Of a stretch of DNA of 64,000 nt, positions 13,001 through 25,000 are shown piece after piece. The stretch is taken from NCBI GenBank assembly GCA_964187785.1, contig OZ076412.1, forward strand, positions 17,732,001 to 17,796,000, read 5' to 3'. Source of the DNA: Amphiscolops sp. MND2022 (Eukaryota). The notes under the pieces were generated by a model. That model worked only from the letters and a program-made list of their open reading frames with translations, made no database searches and was not told the DNA's origin. A program made the translations under genes and the position numbers. The stretch's first letter is position 1. Every line of letters begins with the position of its first letter.

Positions 13001-16000
13001 AAGTAAAAAAAGGCCAAAACGTCTGCTTTTGGGTTTTGGGAACTATGCTACTGTTTTTGTCGAAAATTTGGGTTCTCAATGTTTCCAATTGTATTTTTAG
13101 GAGTCGGAAAAAATTTTCGACTACTTATACAATCGTGCTGTTTTTTTTTGTTTTTTTTCTCCCGACCTTTTATGAAAATTTCAAATTTCTCAAAAAACTG
13201 TCCATACGATTTTCGTGAAATTTTGTAGTCATTCTACACCCAAAGGGGACCCTGCATGCGCTAAGGCATCAAAATTGTATGACTGGAATGTGAGAAACAT
13301 AGCCAAAGTTAGCCCAAAAATGGTCAAAAAACAGCTATTTTTCGACTTTTTTCGATTTTCTCTAACTGACCATTCGATTCGAACGAATATTTCTAGTCAT
13401 TCTACACCATATTTGAGTCCTATATGTGCAATGGCATCAAAATCGTATGGCTGGGATGTGAGAAACATAGCCAAAATTAACCCTAAAATGGCAAAAAATC
13501 AACCATTTTCATTTTTTTTTGATTTTCGCGAAAACTGTCCATACGATTCGAACGAAATTTTCTACAGTCATTTTACACCATATTATGGTCCTTTATGTGC
13601 AATTTTATTAAATTTGTATGGCTGGGATGTGAGAAACATAGCCAAATTTAGCCCAAAAATGGCCAAAAAAAACAGTCATTTTTCGATTTTCTCAAAAACT
13701 GTCCATACGATTCGAACGAAAGCGAGTCAGAAGGAAAAAGACTTAAGCCGACTCCTTTACCGCATATGCGGCTCTGGTTTTACAATATTCGGTAAAGTAT
13801 ATAAGATTTATAAGGTACCACTTTGATTTGGACATCACTGACTGTAGAGGAAATTGATTTCCATTCTGTTTCTAGTGGAAACAAAGGTGTCGCCATATGG
13901 GCAAGGACTTGGCTGAGAAGAAGCAAACAATTCGCAACCTGGTAACAACGCTGAATGAAACCACTGAAAGCATGAAAAAGGTCTGTGAGTATTACGAGTG
14001 CAAACTGGATGAAAGCAGGGAAGAGCGCCGCAAACAAAAAGAGGCCATTGAAAAAATGAAGGAGGAGCATAATGAACTTCAGAAGAAGCTTGTTGATACT
14101 ATGAAATGTCTCTCCGACAAGGACAAAGAATTGGAGAAGGTGCGTCACGAAATTTCAATAATCGCTTTTGACAAGTCTGAAAGTATGGACGAAGATGGCG
14201 CAATTTCACAAGCAGCTAAAATAGAGCAACTGGAAGCCACTTTGTTCAAAAGTGATGAACTTTGCGCCAAACTCGTGGATGAAAAAGAATTGATCACTAA
14301 GACTTTTGAAGAGCAGATTCAGAAACTTGAAGCGGACGTTGCCAAATTGACTGAAAAGGAGAATGAAATAATTGCCCAAAGTGAATCACTGACTTTCAGA
14401 ATCAATACGCTAGAAGGCGAGAAAGAAGTTTTGGTTGCCGATATTGAACAAAGGACGTTGGACCACTCAGCATTGCAGGAAAAACATGATCAGTTGTTAC
14501 AAGAATTGTCGGTTAAGAACGATCAGTTGGCAAAAGAACTGTCGGTTAAGAACGATCAGTTGGCAAAACAGCAGAAGGAATTGGATGCTTTCAGAGACGG
14601 ATTAGTAAAGAGGGAAAATCTAAGCGCTCAGAACCCTAGAAAACGGTCACTTGTAAGGTAAGACGTCGTTCTCGAAACTGCAAAACAGAAGATCAAAAGT
14701 TTCTTTCTTAAGCGGATGGAAAGAGAAATGGATCAACGGAATATGGGAAAAATGTCGTTTTAAATGAATGTATAAGTTTGCTCTTCCTCATGTTTGTTTT
14801 TAGTCGGCGCTTTTATTAATAAAAGAGCCCGATTATTTACAGTCACTCGTTTTTTTCTTTTCTTTAAGACAGACTCTTTGCGATGAACGTTAACGTTTTG
14901 TTCAGGAAACTAAACGGATACCCGGGAAACGCATCTAAGTTATTCCAAAGGGTCCCCCTTTGGTTTTTTTTACTTTTTTTCTGGAATTTTTTTCTCCAAA
15001 GGTTCCCCCTTCGATTTTATTTGAGCCTTAGATATAGCGCCGACTTGAGACGTTCCCGTCTTGTTTATTGCATATGACGAAGTCAATGTGCATTGCAGTC
15101 CAGCTAAGTAAGTTTTTTTCCCACTATAGTCAACTTCATAATGAGCGCCTTTTAGAAAAAAGCCAAAACCCCAGACAGATTCGAACCTGCAGCCTCCCGA
15201 TTGCACGGCATAAGTGTTGACCACTGTGCCATAGGGACGTTATTGAACAAAGTTGAACTGTAGAATATATACGCATGCGATTGAATATGTGTTGCATCAT
15301 GTTTATGAATATTCTTCGTCATGTGTTGCGAAGCACCGCTTCGCCTCTGTGTCATTATTGCTACATTAACTTTTCCTAACATTTTCCTAAGTTTTCAAAA
15401 TTTCACGTTCATCTGGAATTGAAAAGAGTTAATTCAAGTTGCTAGTGAAGCTCTTTAGTACCGTTTGCCTTCACTGTTGTTGTTTACTAATGTGAAAAGT
15501 GTATAGAGGCGATAGTTTCCCGCTCTGACGAGATGATGTAACATGAATGAAGCTGTTATAGGTTGAAGAATTGAATATAAAACAAGTGAATGTGAAAAAC
15601 TGTATTCTGTAACGGTAATATGATTTTTGGCAGTTAGTAGACTTTTGCCACTTTACTTCGATTTGCCAGGTTGTTAGTAATTACTAATTTACATCATTTT
15701 CACACACTATTTTCTCACGCTATTTATGTTACGGCTAGACTTCATCACTCTACCACACTTCCCTCTCTGATGAGCTCAAAGGAGGAATGAGGATATACTG
15801 AACACAATTGTGGGAATGTACAAACTAACAACTAAGTCTTCACAATGTTGTCCAACTGTTAATAACATAAATTATTTTTACTACAACACATAGTTGAAAC
15901 GAACAATAACACGAGTAATAGTGATTATGTGCATATACACATGAGTTTTGTACATTGTTGTTTTAAGACTGGTTTTGAGGTTTTTGAATTTCGGAAACGC

Positions 16001-19000
16001 TTGGCAGGCTTTCTTCATCTTCGTTGGAGATAGCTTCTACTTTTGTCACCATCACGTTATGGCCAAGCCAGTTGGGCTTCTTCTCTCGTGCTGATGTTTT
16101 AGTTCTTTTCCCGTATTACCGTTTCTTGGGTGGGAGTTGATTCCCTTTCGTCTGGGAGGCTTTGTTCTGCTTCATTCTCCACGTGGTCTTCTTTCTCATT
16201 TTCTTCCTCTTCTTCTCTTTTGGGCTGGAGTGCTACCATTCCTTCATGGGCCTCTTCGTTGTTTACTTCTATTGGCATTTGACTCAGTTTTGGCGTTTCA
16301 CCCATTTCTGGCATTTTCCACTCATTTGCTCTTTTCTTGCTGGTTTGTTGGTTTGCAGGTTTCTTTTTTCACTTCTTTGGGTTTGTGCCATGAGTAACTG
16401 CAATGCGGTTCGTCTTCGGGTTCTTTCGCCACTGCTATATCTTTTAGACATGGTCACCACTTTTCCTGACTTTGGCAAGACAGATACCGTGTGCTCTGAT
16501 TTTACCACTACTTTGCCTTTTACCTTTCTAAAAGCGCGTTCTAATTTAGTCCCACGCATCCTGTCTCTCACCAGGATTGTTGAATCCGCCTCGTCACTGA
16601 AATCTTCTGTTTCGATTTCTATAAGTGGGTCCTTGTCTAAAATACATTTTTGTATCATAGCCGATTTCGGGGTATTTGTTTTTCTACCCGTTTGTTTTTC
16701 AAATGCGGATTTTCCGTCTGCGCCTTTCTCGGTCCTGAACGCGAAAATGCCAGATATTCCGTGTTTGTTCTTTTCGATTACAATTTTATCATTTGTTCTG
16801 AGTCTTTCGTTGTTCGTTCTTATCATTTTTTCCACTTTTCTGTTTCCGCGGTGTTCTCTCACTGGACACATTACATGCTTCATAAACCGTTCTTCACAAA
16901 ATTGTTTTTATTTTTCACTTTTAAATACTGTTCCTGGATCTGTCCGTATTCGTTTTGGAATTCCGTGCACTGCAATATATTGTGATAAAAATTCGATTAC
17001 TTTTTTGCCGTTGGATTTGGCAAAAACAACGCGTCTGGCCATCCCGACTTATTGTCTACGGAAACGAGTATTTCTTTTGTTTGTACGCATTTTGGAATGG
17101 TCCGGCAAAATCAATAGAATTTTTCTCATTCGGTTCTTTAGCTTCCGGTATTTTTCCGAAGTCCTTTTGTGACTCCAAGCATTTTAAGTTCTTACCTGCT
17201 TTCTGAGACTCAGCGCATCTTTGAGCTTTTTCCACTATCTCGCGATGTATTTTGGGCCACCATAGGTCGAACGCCTCCCGCAACATCGCATCTCGCCCGG
17301 CATGCCCGTAGTGAATTGCCCTCATGACGTTTTCTCTCATTTCTTTTGGGATCACTAAGCGTTGATCCATGTAAGATAAACCTCTTTGATCTACGCTGAA
17401 TGAAAAAAGTTTTTCTCTCCATGGTGGAGGTCGTCTGGAGATAATTGCGGTGAATTTGGCGAATTACTTTCACTTGCCATTGCTTGTGAATTTTGACGTG
17501 CGTCCTCTTGTTTACTTTTAATTAACGTGTGCGTTGATGCGTGAACTGTCAAAATTTTTCTCGCTTCATTCTCAGATTTTCTATTTTTTCTGCGCTCTGA
17601 TTGGTTCGTTCGTTCTAGCCAATGCTATCTCATAACTTTGGTGCTACTTCTTTCACTACGTTAATTGTGAACCAATTGTTGAACATTTCTTCCGCTTTTA
17701 TACATGAATTTTGGTACTGTGACGGGTGCCGGGACAGGTAATCCGCCATACCCAGCGTTCGTCCTGGGTTATGAATTACTGAAAAATCGAATGGAAGTAA
17801 CCTGCCTACCCACCTTGTCAGTCTGCTCGAATAAGTTTTATTTCCTTTATTCGACTTTAATACGCTTTGTAGTGCTTTGTGGTCCGACACCATTCCGAAT
17901 TCTACTCCGTATACGTAATTTTTTTAATGTTCGATTGCCCAAACCACCGCCAACAGTTCTAATTCATTTATCGAATACTTCGACTCTAATTCCGTTAGAA
18001 ATCTTGATGCGTACGAAATTGGTTTCCACCCTTTTTCTTCATTTTGTTGCAGAACTGCCCCTAGTCCTTGTTTGCTGGCATCACATATGATTCTTAGTGG
18101 TTTATTTCGCTTGAAATGAGTTGATTCCGTCACTTTTCTTACTTCTTCGTTCTTTTTTTTTAAACGCTGTTTCATGTTCTGTTGACCAAATCCACGAATC
18201 TTTCAAAATTGACCTGAATGGGAAACATATTTATGCCAGGTCCGGGACAAATCTATTGAATGGTTGACTGCACCTAGGAATGATCTCAATTCCTTTAAAT
18301 TCGTTGGTCGCTATTTTTCTGTTAGTCCTTGCACTTTTGAGTTTATTGGCGAAAACCCCGAACTTGTCAATTTAAAGCCTAATCATTCGCTTTCTTTTTC
18401 TGCTATCTTGCACTTGCCCGCCTTTAATTGCAAATTTGCCTCGTCATGTACTTTTAGAATTTCCCGCACTTTATTCGAATGATCCTGCTTTGTTCCCTTG
18501 GTTACTATTAAAATGTCATCAATGAACACGAACACTTCTCTAAATTTTGCAAATAGGACATCCATCACTTTTTGAAATTCTGTCGGCATAACCGCCAGAC
18601 CATAAAATCCCGTTACAAATCGATATGTTCCGGTTGACTCTCCGCCGATTATTTGAAAATTACAATGTTTCGCTGTTTGTAGATGCAAGGGGACTTGACC
18701 ATACGCGTATGTAATGTCCACTGATGAATACCATCCCTCACCTTTTTCTGAATCCAGTTTTTTCGCTAACCATACCTAACAAGTTCTCTAGATTTGGCAT
18801 TTGGTATTTGTCCTTGTCTATCGCATGGTTAAGTGCTCTTGCATCTAGTGCTATTTTTACTGAGCGGTCTTTCTTCACTGTGATTACCGTTGGTTGCATG
18901 AAAGCGGCATCTTTAATATCATTTACTCCTTCTATGTGACCTGTGTCATTATTGCTACATTAACTTTTCCTAACATTTTTCCTAAGTTTTCAAAATTTCA

Positions 19001-22000
19001 CGTTCATCTGGAATTGAAAAGAGTTAATTCAAGTTGCTAGTGAAGCTCTTTAGTACCGTTTGCCTTCACTGTTGTTGTTTACTAATGTGAAAAGTGTATA
19101 GAGGCGATAGTTTCCCGCTCTGACGAGATGATGTAACATGAATGAAGCTGTTATAGGTTGAAGAATTGAATATAAAACAAGTGAATGTGAAAAACTGTAT
19201 TCTGTAACGGTAATATGATTTTTGGCAGTTAGTAGACTTTTGCCACTTTACTTCGATTTGCCAGGTTGTTAGTAATTACTAATTTACATCATTTTCACAC
19301 ACTATTTTCTCACGCTATTTATGTTACGGCTAGACTTCATCACTCTACCACACTTCCCTCTCTGATGAGCTCAAAGGAGGAATGAGGATATACTGAACAC
19401 AATTGTGGGAATGTACAAACTAACAACTAAGTCTTCACAATGTTGTCCAACTGTTAATAACATAGATTATTTTTACTACAACACATAGTTGAAACGAACA
19501 ATAACACGAGTAATTGTGATTATGTGCATATACACATGAGTTTTGTACATTGTTGTTTTAAGACTGGTTTTGAGGTTTTTGAATTTCGAAAACGCTTGGC
19601 AGGCTTTCTTCATCTTCGTTGGAGATAGCTTCTACTTTTGTCACCATCACGTTATGGCCAAGCCAGTTGGGCTTCTTCTCTCGTGCTGATGTTTTAGTTT
19701 TTTTCCCGTATTACCGTTTCTTGGGTGGGAGTTGATTCCCTTTCGTCTGGGAGGCTTTGTTCTGCTTCATTCTCCACGTGGTCTTCTTTCTCATTTTCTT
19801 CCTCTTCTTCTCTTTTGGGCTGGAGTGCTACCATTCCTTCATGGGCCTCTTCGTTGTTTACTTCTATTGGCATTTGACTCAGTTTTGGCGTTTCACCCAT
19901 TTCTGGCATTTTCCACTCATTTGCTCTTTTCTTGCTGGTTTGTTGGTTTGCAGGTTTCTTTTTTCACTTCTTTGGGTTTGTGCCATGAGTAACTGCAATG
20001 CGGTTCGTCTTCGGGTTCTTTCGCCACTGCTATATCTTTTAGACATGGTCACCACTTTTCCTGACTTTGGCAAGACAGATACCGTGTGCTCTGATTTTAC
20101 CACTACTTTGCCTTTTACCTTTCTAAAAGCGCGTTCTAATTTAGTCCCACGCATCCTGTCTCTCACCAGGATTGTTGAATCCGCCTCGTCACTGAAATCT
20201 TCTGTTTCGATTTCTATAAGTGGGTCCTTGTCTAAAATACATTTTTGTATCATAGCCGATTTTGGGGTATTTGTTTTTCTACCCGTTTGTTTTTCAAATG
20301 CGGATTTTCCGTCTGCGCCTTTCTCGGTCCTGAACGCGAATAAAATGCCAGATATTCCGTGTTTGTTCTTTTCGATTACAATTTTATCATTTGTTCTGAG
20401 TCTTTCGTTGTTCGTTCTTATCATTTTTTCCACTTTTCTGTTTCCGCGGTGTTCTCTCACTGGACACATTACATGCTTCATAAACCGTTCTTCACAAAAT
20501 TGTTTATATTTTTCACTTTTAAATACTGTTCCTGGATCTGTCCGTATTCGTTTTGGAATTCCGTGCACTGCAATATATTGTGATAAAAATTCGATTACTT
20601 TTTTGCCGTTGGATTTGGCAAAAACAACGCGTCTGGCCATCCCGACTTATTGTCTACGGAAACGAGTATTTCTTTTGTTTGTACGCATTTTGGAATGGTC
20701 CGGCAAAATCAATAGAATTTTTCTCATTCGGTTCTTTAGCTTACGGTATTTTTCCGAAGTCCTTTTGTGACTCCAAGCATTTTAAGTTCTTAACTGCTTT
20801 CTGAGACTCAGCGCATCTTTGAGCTTTTTCCACTATCTCGCGATGTATTTTGGGCCACCATAGGTCGAACGCCTCCCGCAACATCGCATCTCGCCCGGCA
20901 TGCCCGTAGTGAATTGCCCTCATGACGTTTTCTCTCATTTCTTTTGGGATCACTAAGCGTTGATCCATGTAAGATAAACCTCTTTGATCTACGCTGAATG
21001 AAAAAAGTTTTTCTCTCCATGGTGGAGGTCGTCTGGAGATAATTGCGGTGAATTTGGCGAATTACTTTCACTTGCCATTGCTTGTGAATTTTGACGTGCG
21101 TCCTCTTGTTTACTTTTAATTAACGTGTGCGTTGATGCGTGAACTGTCAAAATTTCTTTTCTCGCTTCATTCTCAGATTTTCTATTTTTTCTGCGCTCTG
21201 ATTGGTTCGTTCGTTCTAGCCAATGCTATCTCATAACTTTGGTGCTACTTCTTTCACTACGTTAATTGTGAACCAATTGTTGAACATTTCTTCCGCTTTT
21301 ATACATGAATTTTGGTACTGTGACGGGTGCCGGGACAGGTAATCCGCCATACCCAGCGTTCGTCCTGGGTTATGAATTACTGAAAAATCGAATGGAAGTA
21401 ACCTGCCTACCCACCTTGTCAGTCTGCTCGAATAAGTTTTATTTCCTTTATTCGACTTTAATACGCTTTGTAGTGCTTTGTGGTCCGACACCATTCCGAA
21501 TTCTACTCCGTATACGTAATTTTTTTAATGTTCGATTGCCCAAACCACCGCCAACAGTTCTAATTCATTTATCGAATACTTCGACTCTAATTCCGTTAGA
21601 AATCTTGATGCGTACGAAATTGGTTTCCACCCTTTTTCTTCATTTTGTTGCAGAACTGCCCCTAGTCCTTGTTTGCTGGCATCACATATGATTCTTAGTG
21701 GTTTATTTCGCTTGAAATGAGTTGATTCCGTCACTTTTCTTACTTCTTCGTTCTTTTTTTAAACGCTGTTTCATGTTCTGTTGACCAAATCCACGAATCT
21801 TTCAAAATTGACCTGAATGGGAAACATATTTATGCCAGGTCCGGGACAAATCTATTGAATGGTTGACTGCACCTAGGAATGATCTCAATTCCTTTAAATT
21901 CGTTGGTCGCTATTTTTCTGTTAGTCCTTGCACTTTTGAGTTTATTGGCGAAAACCCCGAACTTGTCAATTTAAAGCCTAATCATTCGATTTCTTTTTCT

Positions 22001-25000
22001 GCTATCTTGCACTTGCCCGCCTTTAATTGCAAATTTGCCTCGTCATGTACTTTTAGAATTTCCCGCACTTTATTCGAATGATCCTGCTTTGTTCCCTTGG
22101 TTACTATTAAAATGTCATCAATGAACACGAACACTTCTCTAAATTTTGCAAATAGGACATCCATCACTTTTTGAAATTCTGTCGGCATAACCGCCAGACC
22201 ATAAAATCCCGTTACAAATCGATATGTTCCGGTTGACTCTCCGCCGATTATTTGAAAATTACAATGTTTCGCTGTTTGTAGATGCAAGGGGACTTGACCA
22301 TACGCGTATGTAATGTCCACTGATGAATACCATCCCTCACCTTTTTCTGAATCCAGTTTTTTCGCTAACCATGCCTAACAAGTTCTCTAGATTTGGCATT
22401 TGGTATTTGTCCTTGTCTATCGCATGGTTAAGTGCTCTTGCATCTAGTGCTATTTTTACTGAGCGGTCTTTCTTCACTGTGATTACCGTTGGTTGCATGA
22501 AAGCGGCATCTTTAATATCATTTACTCCTTCTATGTGACCTTCTCGTAGCAAGCGTTGTATTTCGGAATCTACCGCTTTTTGTAATTGAATTGGGATTCG
22601 TCTCCCTCTTTGTTCTGTTATTCTCGCTTCTTTCTTTATTCTTTTTTTATTTGATAATTTTTCAACTTCCGCTTCTTTTGAACAATATTTGAAATTCATT
22701 CACCATTCTCTTAGTTTCTATTCTCAATTCTTCGTCCTTTTCTATTGAATTGACGTTTAACTCGTCATTGCTGGTGCAAATGTATAACGCAGCGTGGTTA
22801 GCCATTCTCGTCCAATTATTGATTTTGCTCCACTTCTGGCAACTAGTACTCTGCACTTCTTGATGTACGCATCTCCTACTTGCAGTTCGCAAAATACATA
22901 TCCCAACAGGTTGAGTGGCTTTCCGTTGAAATCCATGTATTTTTCTCCTTTTATGATGTTACGCACTTGCAAGCTTTCTCTCTACATTATTCTCTTCGAT
23001 TCGTCTAGGGCAAATATTTTGTTACTGGGGACCCAGAATCTATCGGCGTTTTGAAGCGGTTTCCATTAATGAAACCCTCCATGAAGTACGGTTTTAAGTT
23101 TTCTCCTCCTTCTACATTCAGCACACTGTAATTGTCATCATCTTCTTCTTCTTCTTGGTCGACTAGCTGTACTCGTCTGCCAGTTTGTTCGAATTTGCCT
23201 GATACTCTGAATTTGCCATTTTTCTGAGAAACGTCATTCTTCTTGTGATTACATACGCGTTCTAAATGGCCTTTTCTGCCGCAGTAGCGCAGGAGTTGCA
23301 CATTACATTTTGTGCTTTACAGAATTTTTTGTGATCTAGGGCGAAGTTCCCTGCACCGCATTCTCAGTCGTTCTGTTTGCTTACGCTCACTGCGCATACT
23401 GGCTCCTCTTTTATCTTCTGATCCTGATTGATGCACCCGTAAGTTTTTTGTACGCGTGGTCCATCCTCAAATGCAATCGCGAATTGCAGTGCATCTGCCG
23501 GGTTATCTTTCGGCTCCGTACAAAGCTTGTTTATTCGCCATATTTAACACGAAGATATCGTACACCAATCCTTCCGTCTGGTTCCTAAAATCGCATTTTG
23601 CGGCGAGTCCATTCAGTATATTTCCAAATTTGGTGTAGAGATTCCGTTGGCTTTTTTTTGACAAAAATGTGTGGCGGTCTAGTGTTCTATTTGTCCTTGT
23701 TTGGAAACTTTCAGTACAGAATCGCAGTAATTGTGCCATTTGAATTAGCAGAATATTTATCTGAGGAAATTTATCCATAAGCATTTTGCGCCCAGTTTCG
23801 CCGATGGAAATGTACAGCAAGCTAGTTACCTTATGTTTAGCTGGTTCTTCCTACTTTCTCATCTTTGCAGGGATTCGCGGGTTTTGTTGGTCTGCCTCTC
23901 TTGTTAAATCTGTCACCGAAATCGAATGCCTCGCCAACACTGCCACCTCAAACAACTGTATCCACTGTTCCCACTCGTAAGTTGGTGGTTTTTCCGGATC
24001 TTGTCAGAAGTAGTGTAAACCTGGCATGGGTGAATTAGACGCCTCATATTCTGATGCTCGCAGCGCCATGTTATAGGTTGAAGAATTGAATATAAAACAA
24101 GTGAATGTGAAAGACTGTATTCTGTAACGGTAATATGATTTTTGGCAGTTAGTAGACTTTTGCCACTTTACTTCGATTTGCCAGGTTGTTAATAATTACT
24201 AATTTACATCATTTTCTCACACTCTATTTTCTTACGCTATTTTTGTTTAGGCTAGACTTCATCACTCTACCACACTTCCCTCTCTGATGAGCTCAAAGGG
24301 GGAATGAGGATATACTGAACACAATTGTGGGAATGTACAAACTAACAACTAAGTCTTCACAATGTTATCCAACTGTTAATAACATAAATTAGTGTTACTA
24401 CAACACATAGATAAAACGAACAATAACACGAGTAATAGTGATTGAGTGCATATACACATGAGTTTTCTACATTGTTGTTTTAAGACTGGTTTTGAGGTTT
24501 TTCAATTTCGAAAACGCTTGGCAGGCTTTCTTCATCTTCGTTGGAGATAGCTTCTACTTTTGTCACCATCACGTTATGGCCAAGCCAGTTGGGCTTCTTC
24601 TTTCGTGCTGATGTTTCAGTTTTTTCCCATTTTACCGTTTCTTGGATGGGAGTTGATTCCTTTTCGTCTGGGAGGCTTTGTTCTGCTTCATTCTCCACGT
24701 GGTCTTCTTTCTCATTTTCTTCCAATGTTACATAAGTCCTTTTGATCATTGAACTCTAAATATAGTTTCAAGTTTTTCAACATCAATGAATCAAGGCTCG
24801 GTCTTTTTGTGGACCATGTTTTGTTTCCCCCCAGGTACACCTTGTTTCGAATCCTTCCGAACACGGAAGAACATTTTGTTGTTGAATGAAAATATTTCAC
24901 TAATACGAGACTATTATATGAATGTAAATACTCAGAGGATTGTCTTTACAGCTATTTTACCCTTTCAGCAATAAATGGCCCTATTGTTTCGACATTATTG

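Larger units (their letters stand above)
15347..22539. repeat. Tandem duplication of ~3.6 kb (15347-18940 and 18941-22539)
   Basis: Near-identical copies, each with ~200 bp host flank, an LTR and the 3' part of pol; 2-bp CT microhomology at the junction; shared stops and frameshifts. Confidence 0.93.
15554..24723 (-). mobile_element. Decayed Ty3/Gypsy LTR retrotransposon array in kinesin intron 7
   Basis: gag with CCHC knuckle (YCGRKGHLERVC), protease (IDSGS), RT (DITYAYGQ, FIDDIL), RNase H (CDASKQGLGAVL, YSINELELLAVVWAIEH), integrase (HYGHAG..RC, DFAGP, RIRTDPG), in PR-RT-RH-IN order; three LTRs, a PBS and PPTs. Confidence 0.95.

Noticed and set aside
13215-13826. 203-aa ORF with internal repeats, and similar ORFs at 30928, 34461, 37108 and 47179
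   Set aside because: They are translations of non-coding HINE tandem units; no domain or splice context.
16162-20770. Hydrophobic 336/337-aa + strand ORFs (16162-17172, 19757-20770) as an env-like or membrane protein
   Set aside because: They are antisense shadows of the purine-rich integrase region on the minus strand.
15554-24723. DIRS/Ngaro split-repeat element
   Set aside because: A DDE integrase, PBS and PPT are present and there is no tyrosine recombinase.
15537-24732. TGTAACAT...ATGTTACA inverted octamer bracketing the Gypsy array
   Set aside because: No TSD outside it and it does not match the LTR ends; probably chance in AT-rich DNA.
24069-24732. A ~660-bp LTR
   Set aside because: A PPT directly followed by TG at 24274 defines a ~205-bp LTR with matching TGT..TAG ends; the remainder is 3' UTR and pol coding sequence.
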